The translations under genes and the position numbers were made by a program. A model generated the notes under the pieces. The model saw nothing but the letters and a program-made list of their open reading frames with translations, searched no databases and was not told the DNA's origin. A DNA stretch of 64,000 nucleotides from Macrostomum lignano. Taxonomy: Eukaryota. This document shows positions 23,536 to 33,700 of the stretch, in pieces. The stretch spans positions 1 to 64,000 of the forward strand of contig NIVC01002447.1 of the NCBI GenBank assembly GCA_002269645.1. The letters run 5' to 3'. Every line of letters starts with the position of its first letter. Position 1 is the stretch's first letter.

Positions 23536-24004
23536 CTTTTCGATAGAGTTATATAACTTTATACATCATATAAGACAATAATGTTATGCAAAAAGCTTCT
23601 TAAATCATTCTTTTGGTACAAATATCTCACAGAATGCTATGTTGCATTCACAGGTTTTATAAATAAATTAAAAAATTAAGCGGTGCACATTTTAGCAGAA
23701 TAAAATGAAAAGAAGATGCAGTGTGAAGAAAAATAATTAAGAGTGTACTAGCTGTATTTTACAGTTACAGACCAAAAAGGGACTAGAGTGTACAATAAAG
23801 CGCTTTTTGAGTACAGCGAATTTTCTAGAATTTTCTATAGAATTACTAAGATGGATTTTCCGGGGAATTTCCTCGCTTGAAATATATAAGCATGATGCGC
23901 GTATGTGGAAACGGGCGGCATGTGGATAGCTTTTCAGAAAATTCTCTGCTTGTGTTCAATTCCATGTACATGAAAGTGAGACTTCAAAGCTGAAATCATT
24001 GATC

Positions 24005-25184
24005 ATGTAAGCTGCACACGCTCATAAGTCTAATGTGTTTTTATCCATTTCATCCAATGTATAAAATGAACTGAATGCTTCAAGTACTATAATTTAATGC
24101 ATGTAACAAACTTTCAGGCGCGTTACTCTGGTGGCCGCCATTTTCTTTGTTTTCACACTTTGCTTCGTGAAAGAGGCGCATGGGGGGCCTTCCGTTATCC
24201 CATTTGCGTAAGAGCGCTTGTGTTTGTTTCTCAGACCGTTTGTGTATCATTTTAATTTATTTACTTCATTTTAAAACCGACTAGGTGGGTCCGGCAATAC
24301 GGGAGACTGGCCTGGGCAGTGAGCAAGTGCTTGGGCAAGTCAGTTTTGCCAGTGAATGCAAACAAACTGAGGCACATATTTGGCTTTGGGAAACATCTTT
24401 TCGACGACAAAATGACGCTGTTTATGGATATATTTTTTTATAATCTGACTTAAAGAAGATGATTTATATTTAGAAACATTTAAAAAGTACCCAAAATACG
24501 ATTTAAAAATCAACGCGTGCAGCATAAGCCATCAAAACACCCAATTAGCTTTTATATATTAGTGTTTTATACTAAAAATGAAAAATGTATGTTTGTATGC
24601 AATTAGTGTTACTAAAAAGAGTAATTTAGGCACAATTTTCGGAGACAGCAAAGTGCTGCTCAATCAATGAGATAAGGACTAAACAGATGCATAGAAGGAG
24701 ATCACGTGATTCGTGAATTCGTGAGACCTCTTTGCTTCGTGAAAGAGGCGCATGGGGGGCCTTCCGTTATCCCATTTGCGTAAGAGCGCTTGTGTTTGTT
24801 TCTCAGACCGTTTGTGTATCATTTTAATTTATTTACTTCATTTTAAAACCGACTAGGTGGGTCCGGCAATACGGGAGACTGGCCTGGGCAGTGAGCAAGT
24901 GCTTGGGCAAGTCAGTTTTGCCAGTGAATGCAAACAAACTGAGGCACATATTTGGCTTTGGGAAACATCTTTTCGACGACAAAATGACGCTGGCTGCAAC
25001 AGCTGTTGATCTCGTCACTGACTTGAACCCTGGCACAAAATATGCCAAGACTTTTGTCAGAATGACCCTGACAACAGGCGAACTCGTTTACATTGCCTAC
25101 ATAGTGCTGAACGGAGGGTATGCAGCAATTGGAACGGCCTATATTTCAGAAAAGCTTGCGGATGTTCTAGAGAAGCGTTGCTAA
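24005..25184 (+). CDS. Small secreted protein, 139 aa, if spliced join(24005..24006,24118..24207,24857..25184); toxin-like C-terminal domain
   Basis: AT|GTAAGC..TTTCAG|G rebuilds the ATG. Exon 2 encodes the signal peptide MRVTLVAAIFFVFTLCFVKEAHG and ends at a GTAAGA donor (24208). The distal exon 3 (CTAG acceptor, 24856) is in frame to TAA (420 nt total). The proximal exon-3 copy (24285) is truncated: ..DDKMTLFMDIFFYNLT*. TATATAAG at 23883. Confidence 0.7.
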
Positions 25185-26200
25185 AGATCGAGGGATAAAA
25201 ATTGATTCAGCAGGTGCACCGACAGTCTAAATAGACATTCGCTTTGAAACAAAGTACCCGAGCAGATATTCGAACAAGTCACTCGATATCCATGCACTTC
25301 CTCTCTCAATACTACTCTGCTAGCTGTTAATTATACATAAACCTGCTTATTTAACATAAGCTTCGGTTGTGCGATTATGTCGCTTTAAAGTGCGCCTCGA
25401 TCCTGACTCTAACGATCGATATTCGCTTTGAAGAATGTATCCGTTTTGTTATTACGGTTCAAGTTTATAATTGTTAATATTTCGTTAACTGTTTATGCAG
25501 CCCCAAAAATCATTTACCAGAATATACTCGCACTGTTGATTTCCAGATATAATTTTCTCCCTCAATACTACTCGGCTAGGTATTTACTATACATTACTAT
25601 ACATTACTATTACTATAGTAATGTGTATTTACTATACACATTACTATACACAATTTCGCTTAATAATAACTAAAAAAAATATGAGCCTAAAAACTAAAGG
25701 AACTTCAACACTGACCGACTCGCTACTGCATACGTTATTTACTCAGTATACTTGGTTAAATGTTTTATTTAAGCAAGCACAGTAACAGTAAGCCATGGGC
25801 ACAAGACTACTGGGCTACACCCCGTCCCACCCAATTAATGCCCTACAGAAGACTGACATGCAAAAAAGTCAATCATAAGTCTTGCTACATGATGTTATGG
25901 AACTCTGCGAACAGTTTATGGATATATTTTTTTATAATCTGACTTAAAGAAGATGATTTATATTTAGAAACATTTAAAAAGTACCCAAAATACGATTTAA
26001 AAATCAACGCGTGCAGCATAAGCCATCAAAACACCCAATTAGCTTTTATATATTAGTGTTTTATACTAAAAATGAAAAATGTATGTTTGTATGCAATTAG
26101 TGTTACTAAAAAGAGTAATTTAGGCACAATTTTCGGAGACAGCAAAGTGCTGCTCAATCAATGAGATAAGGACTAAACAGATGCATAGAAGGAGATCACG
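24158..26200. repeat. Local tandem duplication with deletion: A(24158-24420) B(24420-24706) filler A'(24730-24992) C B'(25914-26200)
   Basis: A/A' and B/B' appear identical by eye. The 23-nt filler tgattcgtgaattcgtgagacct repeats the nearby ttcgtga motif. Confidence 0.92.
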
Positions 26201-26854
26201 AAGTGCGATTTATAACAGAAGAATCTCGAAAATAATTTACAAGAAAAGTTTATGAAAAAACTGGGATATTCAGTGTCCATAATTGTGTACGAACCTCAAC
26301 CCCTGTAAACTGCCTTTCAATAATCGAATGGATGGATGGATTTATGGATTTTAAAAAAAGCAACTTGCACTGCATGATAGATATATACATCAAAAAGTCG
26401 CCATCACAGAAGATACTTTTTTGAGTTCAGGTCTCATAATCTTTGCGAGTGACACAACTCAGCTGCATATACAGTTGGACGGATTAAAGCTACCCCGATC
26501 AGTTTTCTCGTATCTCTTTTATTTCAGAATAGTCCAAGAGAAATTGATCACTGGCGCATAGAGTGGCGACTTTTCAATGTTGCTGAGTATGTATGTAGCT
26601 GTTGCTTGTTTAAATAATTGTCCATTGTTCCCTTAATAGCACTTCAGTCTCACTACTGCTTGCAATAGAACACAGATGAGGCTATTTGTCCAAAGCTGAG
26701 GTTGCGTATCGATATTAAACAGGGGTTGAGGTACAAACTTTAGAGCAAAAATACACGTAGCCCCATACGCACAACAATCAGCGACAGTTGACTGTCGACA
26801 ATTCATCTAGCTTAACTCATTGCTCATCGCTCTTCTCAGATCTGCCGGCCCGTC

Positions 26855-28225
26855 TCAGGCCACAGCGTCGGCTCCGTCAGCCGCATGGGCCTGGCCGGCG
26901 CCGAAGATCTTGCCGAGCCCAGCCTGGCCGTGGTCATAGTTTCTCTGGCGCTCAAACTCCACCATGGCCAGCGGCCGGAAGTTCATCACGTAGCCACGGC
27001 GCCAGCAGTCGGAGGTGTTGCCCCGGCTGTAGTGCAGGGTCTGGCCCGAGTGCAGGGTGCAGTCGCCCGGCTGCAGCTCGCACGGCACCCCGTCAGCCTC
27101 GGAGCCGTCGCAGGTGAGCACGTGGGTGCCCGCAGCGGCGGAGCGGTGCGGCAGCAGAGGTCGGCGGTGAGAGCCGGGGCCGAACCACATGCAGCCGTTG
27201 TCAAGCCAGGTGGCGTCCACAGCCAGCCAGCAGGACACGGCCCTCTTATCCGGCATGTCCAACCAGTAGGCGGCGTCAGCGTGCCAGGGCGTTGGCGTGT
27301 TTGACTGCGGCGGCTTGGCCAGCATCATGTCGAAGTCAAAGTCCATGTCGGGGCCGAGCAGCGCCCGGGCCAGCAGGCGGAGGCGCTGGCGAGCCGGACA
27401 GGTGTCTGCGAGGCCCTACGCCAGAGAGAGAGGGATTTGAGTGCGTTTACAATGCGACTCGTGAATGCTCATAAAATCTGCTTGATGGATGAGAAACCTG
27501 TGCGTGCGATGCGAAGGCATGTCCGAGATTGCCTACTGAACAGTAGCAAGACATAATACCTCAGACTTAAATACCCCAGACTAAAATACCCAGACTTAAA
27601 TACCCCAGACTAAAATACCTCAGGCTTAAATACCCCAGACTAAAATACCTCAGAGTAAAATATTCCAGACTAAAATATCCTTGGATTAAAATATCCACAT
27701 ACCTAAATATCCCCATACTAAAATGTCCCAAAATTAAAATATACCAAACTAAAATATTGAAGACTAAAATATCCCAGACTAAAATATCCCAAACTAAAAT
27801 ATCCCAGATTAAAATATCCCAGACTAAAATACCCCAGACTAAAATATCCCAAAACCCGAATTCGAAACCCTTTGCCGCACCTGCACGAACAGACTGGGCC
27901 ACATGATCTGGCAGATGTTCTCCTTGAACTTGGCATTCTGCACAGCCTGCGTGTTCCCCAAGTCGTGCCGGTGGCTGCTGGCGTCGATGCTGCCGCTGAG
28001 CAGCCGGTCGTACAGCTCACCGAGCAGCGCCACCTCCGAGGGCGTCAGAACGCCGCGGACAACCGCGTAGCCATCGTTGTCGAACTGGGCCTTGAGCTCG
28101 TCGACTGGCTGGGCAGCCAGCCAGGCCTCGGGGCTCGCGCTGTCCGCAGGCCACAGCACCGTGGCCTGGTGGCAGCTTCCCAGGCGCTGCTCATCCGATA
28201 GCGTGGGTCGGTGCGACTGCGACAT
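26855..28225 (-). CDS. PhyH-family (phytanoyl-CoA dioxygenase-like) 2OG-Fe(II) oxygenase; complement(join(26855..27415,27881..28225)), ~301 aa
   Basis: FDNDGYAVVRGVL; DFDMMLAKPP..TPWHAD (HxD); DNGCMWFGPGSH; LHYSRGN..RR (distal His and 2OG-binding Arg). Phase-0 GT-AG intron. The start codon is uncertain. Confidence 0.92.
27555..27855. repeat. Degenerate 15-19-bp repeat (aaaatatcccagact) in the PhyH intron
   Basis: Visible tandem units; they explain the spurious WDILV/YFSLG ORFs. Confidence 0.9.
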
Positions 28226-28427
28226 TCCCGATCGGGGCTGCAGGATGGAGTTGTGGGCGCTGCCCACGCTCAGTCCAGGTGTTTTGCGGGGCCGGGTTTA
28301 TCAGTTATCAGGGGGAGTATTTAGAGTGCTCACAGAGAGGATCAAATGGTGTTCCAGGGCGAATCAATTGGTTTTTAATGACATTTTCTATTGGTGTTTC
28401 AGTTCAAACCAACGGGTACAGGGAGGA

Positions 28428-29030
28428 TATCGATGATACAATGGCGGATTTCAGGGTACAGGGGCGGATCTCGATGATACAATGGCGGATTTCAGGGTAC
28501 AGGGGGGATCTCGATGATACAATGGCAGATCTAGGGGTACAGGGGCGGATCTAGATGATACAATGGCGGATCTAGGGGTACAGGGGCGGATCTAGATGAT
28601 ACAATGGCGGATTTCAGGGTACAGGGGCGGATCTCGATGATACAATGGCGGATCTAGGGGTACAGGGGCGGATCTAGATGATACAATGGCGGATCTTAGG
28701 GTACAGGGGCGGATCTCGATGATACAATGGCGGATTTCAGGGTACAGGGGCGGATCTCGATGATACAATGGCGGATCTAGGGGTACAGGGGCGGATCTCG
28801 ATGATACAATAGCGGATTTCATGGTACAGGGGCGGATCTCGATGATACAATAGCGGATTTCAGGGTACAGGGGCGGATCTCGATGATACAATGGCGGATC
28901 TTAGGGTACATGGGCGGATCTCGATGATACAATGGCGGAATTCATGGTACAGGGGCGGATCTCGATGATACAATGGCGGATTTCATGGTACAGGGGTTGA
29001 TCTCGATGATACAATGGCGGATTTCAGGGT
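28428..29030. repeat. 41-bp minisatellite (gggtacaggggcggatctcgatgatacaatggcggatttca)
   Basis: Period 41 (28454, 28495); about 14 units. Confidence 0.95.
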
Positions 29031-30005
29031 ACAGGGGCGGATCTAGGGGAACAGGGGCGGATCTAGCGGTACAGGGGCGGATCAAGGGGAACAGAGGCGG
29101 ATCTAGCGGTACAGGAGCGGATCTAGCGGTACAGGGGCGGATCTAGGGGAACAGGGGCGGATCTAGCGGTACAGGGGCGGATCTAGGGGAACAGGGGCGG
29201 ATCTAGCGGTACAGGGGCGGATCTAGGGGAACAGGGGCGGATCTAGGGGAACAGGGGCGGATCTAGCGGTACAGGGGCGGATCTAGGGGAACAGGGGCGG
29301 ATCTAGCGGTACAGGGGCGGATCTAGGGGAACAGGGGCGGATCTAGGGAAACAGGGGGGATCTAGGGGAACAGGGGCTGATCTAGCGGTACAGGGGCGGA
29401 TCTAGGGGAACAGGGGCGGATCTAGCGGTACAGGGGCGGATCTAGGGGAACAGGGGCGGATCTAGCGGTACAGGGGCGGATCTAGGGGAACAGGGGCGGA
29501 TCTAGCGGTACAGGGGCGGATCTAGGGGAACAGGGGCGGATCTAGGGAAACAGGGGGGATCTAGGGGAACAGGGGCGGATCTAGGGAAACAGGGGGGATC
29601 TAGGGGAACAGGGGCGGATCTAGGGAAACAGGGGGGATCTAGGGGAACAGGGGCTGATCTAGCGGTACAGGGGCGGATCTAGGGGAACAGGGGCGGATCT
29701 AGCGGTACAGGGGCGGATCTAGGGGAACAGGGGCGGATCTAGCGGTACAGGGGCGGATCTAGGGGAACAGGGGCGGATCTAGCGGTACAGGGGCGGATCT
29801 AGGGGAACAGGGGCGGATCTAGCGGTACAGGGGCGGATCTAGGGGAACAGGGGCGGATCTAGCGGTACAGGGGCGGATCTAGGGGAACAGGGGCGGATCT
29901 AGCGGTACAGGGGCGGATCTAGGGGAACAGGGGCGGATCTAGGGAAACAGGGGGGATCTAGGGGAACAGGGGCTGATCTAGCGGTACAGGAGGGATCTAG
30001 ATGAT
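29030..30005. repeat. 20-bp G-rich minisatellite with alternating variants (acaggggcggatctagggga / acaggggcggatctagcggt)
   Basis: About 48 units, mostly A/B alternating; shares acaggggcggatct with the adjacent 41-mer. Confidence 0.95.
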
Positions 30006-30389
30006 ACAAGGGCGGATCCAACAGTGTTAAAGATTTAAGTATCAATGGTACCAGAAATGAAACTAAAGCAACAGTGACACAAACTAAGCATTTCTCAATG
30101 TAGCGGCTGAGTGTACAGGTAAAATTTGCAAGAAATTGAATTAAGTCAGTAAAATTGGGTCAATCAATAACAGGCTCTTATTTAAACTAGATATATTTGC
30201 TGAAATATTTGCTAACCACGACAGTAAAAACTTTATTAAATAATTGAAAGCACAAAACCGGCTGTTTAGTGATCTGTGAGACTACAGAGGTTAAATTTTC
30301 ATTTGATTAATTTATGATTTTGAACTGAAGAACAACTGCTAATTTATATGCAGATTAGAATACAGTATGGAAACTGAGATGGGGGACTT

Positions 30390-30690
30390 CATTAGATAAG
30401 GATGAGAGTAGATCAGATAGGGATGAGAGTTGATCAGATAGGGATAAGAGTAGAATAGATAGGGATGAGAGTAGATCAGATAGGGATGAGAGTAGATCAG
30501 ATAGGGGTGAGAGTAGATCAGATAGGGATGAGAGAAGATCAGATAGGGATGAGAGTAGATCAGATAGGGATGAGAGTAGATCAGATAGGGATGAGAGTAG
30601 ATCAGATAGGGATAAGAGTAGATCAGCTGGGGATGAGAGTAGATCAGATAGGGGTAGGAGTAGATTACATAAGGATGAGAGTAGATCAAA
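30390..30690. repeat. 21-bp minisatellite (gatagggatgagagtagatca), ~14 units
   Basis: Explains the YLIYSHP/RVDQIGM repeat ORFs; lies ~70 bp past the stop codon of the left PRDM10-like copy. Confidence 0.95.
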
Positions 30691-30758
30691 AAGAGACGAG
30701 AGATAAGATTGGAGCCTGAAGCGATTTGAGGTGCATCTAAAAAATGGAAGCCGGCAGC

Positions 30759-33700
30759 TCAGCACCGTGGGCCGGCAGTGGCAGGTTGGTCGCTGCCGGC
30801 CTCCCGTATGGCGCCCTCGAGCCAGTCGGTTTCATCGGTGGCGGGCTGGTGGCAACCGGCCGACTCGCCAGCGGCTGCCCTGGCCGTCAGCTCGTCCACG
30901 ATGGCGGACGCGTCATCCTCCAGAGAGGCCGTGGAGGCGCCGGCGGTGACGGCGGAGTTGAACAGCACAGGCACGCTGGCAGAGCAGAGTAGGAACTGGA
31001 CATTGGGAGCCTCCTGCTGCTGCTGCTGCTCAGCTGGCAGGTCAACCCCGGCTCCGTTTCCAGTGAGCTCTCGCAATGCCTGGGTGAGCAGATCCTCTGA
31101 GTCCTCGCTGAACTGGCAGATCTGCTGCTGCTGCTGCGGCTGCTGAAGCTGCGGGTGCGGCAGGCCGCTGGCGATGGCGGCGCGGATTTGGGCGCGGGTT
31201 GGCGGCGCCAGAGCGGGATGGGCCTGGCGCATGTGCCAGGTGAGCTTCTCCTTCTTGGCGTACTGGCGCGGACAGTGCGGGCAGCAGTGCGCCATGCTGA
31301 TCACGGATGGCGCCGTTGAGACCACCATGATGGGCGCGGATGAGGATGCTGAGGAGCCAGATGCGGATTCGAGTCCGGGACCAGCGAGGCAGCAACCATT
31401 GAGGCGACGCTGCGTGGCGGCGGCAGGTGCAGGTCGGGCGGGCTGGCGACCCCGTGCACCCGCTGCAGGTGCGCCTGGCGCTGCTGGTCGGAGCGGAAGA
31501 GGCTGCCGCACAGCGGGCAGGGCAGGTTGTTGGGCCGGCTGCGCACCTGCTGCAGCAGCGGCAGGTTCAGCTCGCTCACGCTGCTCAGCGGGATTTCCGG
31601 GTGCACGCGGACCTGATAGGGATCAAGTGATCAAGGTGCCGAGGTCAAGGGTCAAGGTGTTGATGTCAAGGTGTAGGGGTCAAGGTGTAGGGGTCAAGGT
31701 GTAGGGGTCAAGGTGTAGGGGTCAAGGTGTAGGGGTCAAGGTGTAGGGGTCAAGGTGTAGGGGTCAAGGTGTAGGGGTCAAGGTGTAGGGGTCAAGGTGT
31801 AGGGATCAAGGTGTAGGGATCAAGGTGTAGGGGTCAAGGTGTAGGGGTCAAGGTGTAGGGGTCAAGGTGTAGGGGTCAAGGTGTAGGGGTCAAGGTGTAG
31901 GGATCAAGGTGTAGGGGTCAAGGTGTAGGGGTCAAGGTGTTGATGTCAAGGTGTAGGGGTCAAGGTGTAGGGGTCAAGGTGTAGGGGTCAAGGTGTAGGG
32001 GTCAAGGTGTAGGGGTCAAGGTGTAGGGGTCAAGGTGTTGATGTCAAGGTGTAGGGGTCAAGGTGTAGGGGTCAAGGTGTAGGGATCAAGGTGTAGGGAT
32101 CAAGGTGTAGGGGTCAAGGTGTAGGGGTCAAGGTGTAGGGGTCAAGGTGTAGGGGTCAAGGTGTAGGGGTCAAGGTGTAGGGATCAAGGTGTAGGGGTCA
32201 AGGTGTAGGGGTCAAGGTGTAGGGGTCAAGGTGTTGATGTCAAGGTGTAGGGGTCAAGGTGTAGGGGTCAAGGTGTAGGGATCAAGGTGTAGGGGTCAAG
32301 GTGTAGGGGTCAAGGTGTAGGGGTCAAGGTGTAGGGTCAAGGTGTAGGGGTCAAGGTGTTGATGTCAAGGTGTAGGGGTCAAGGTGTAGGGGTCTAGGTG
32401 TAGGGGTCAAGGTGTAGGGGTCAAGGTGTAGGGTACGTCAAGGTGTAGGGTACGTCAAGGTGTAGGGTACGTCAAGGTTTTGATGCCAATGTGCTGCGGT
32501 CAAAGTGCTGAGTGAGTTTGTGGCGCTAAGATCCAGACGTACAGCACTAGACTCAAAGAGAATACCAATACAAACAGGAACATCATATATTGAACTACAA
32601 ACCATATGATTGACCAGCACCCCACGCCGCTTGAAGCCCAGACTGCAGTCGCGGCATTTGTAAATAAACCGTTCAAAATCGGTGGAGGGCACCTGCGGCA
32701 CGCATCTCGGCTTCTTGGGCCGTCCGGGGAGGTCGCCGACGCCTTTGCTGCCCTTGCAACGGCCCAGCCTGAGGTGAGCGGCGAGTTTGTCTCTGCGCGA
32801 GAACCTGCGGCCGCAGCCCTGGCAGACTGGCTGCTGGCTGACCGGCAGGTTGCCGGCTGAGCTGCCAACGCCGCTGCGGCAAACGCTGGAGGCGGCCAGA
32901 TGGTCGCGCAGGCGAGACCGCTTGGCGAACCTCCGACCGCAGTGGTCGCAGGCAAACTGCTGGGGCGGCTTCAGCTGCTGACTGATGCCGGAGCTGTCGG
33001 TGCCGCCGCCGCTGTGGCAGTTGCGCTGGTGCCGCTTGGCCTGGGCGAGGGTGGCGGCCCGGCGGTGGCAGACGCGGCAGGGAAAGTCGCCGAGCGCAGG
33101 GTCCCGGTGGGCGGCCTCGTAGTGCCGGGCCAGCTGTCGGCGGCTGCGACTGCAGTGGCCGCAGAGCTGGCAGACCGGCTGTCCGAGGCCCTGGCAGTGC
33201 GACTTCAGATGGTTGCGGAGGCAGCCGGCACTGGGGCTGCGGGTTAAATACATACTTTCGATACATATCGGCTACCTGAAATAAATTACTTTCGATACAT
33301 ATCGGCTACCAGAAAACAACTTACTTTTGATACATATCAAATACCTGAAATAAATTTCTGTCGATACATATCGGCTACTTGAAAACAACTTACTTTTGAT
33401 ACATATCAAATACCTGAAATAAATTTCTGTCGATACATATCGGCTACTTGAAAATAACTTAATTTTGATACATATCAAATACCTGAAAAGCATGCTTTCA
33501 ATACATATCGGCTACCTTAAAAACTACACTTTCGATACATATCGGCTACGTCCTGAAGAAAACTATATCGGCTACATCGGCTACATGAAGCTCACGCAGC
33601 ATTTTTTATCCAGTAGACTGATTCAACTCTCCCTCACCTGTCGCCAAAGCTGCACAGCGGGCAGGAGTCGAACACGGGCCCTGCCGGGTCCATGCGGACG

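Noticed and set aside
24752-24780. ATG at 24752 as the start of the distal copy of the secreted-protein gene
   Set aside because: It is in the wrong phase for the 24780 donor and leads to a TGA shortly into exon 3.
26293-26732. 14-bp inverted repeat acctcaacccctgt / acaggggttgaggt, ~430 bp apart
   Set aside because: No consistent TSD, and the orientation is ambiguous, so the element could not be delimited.
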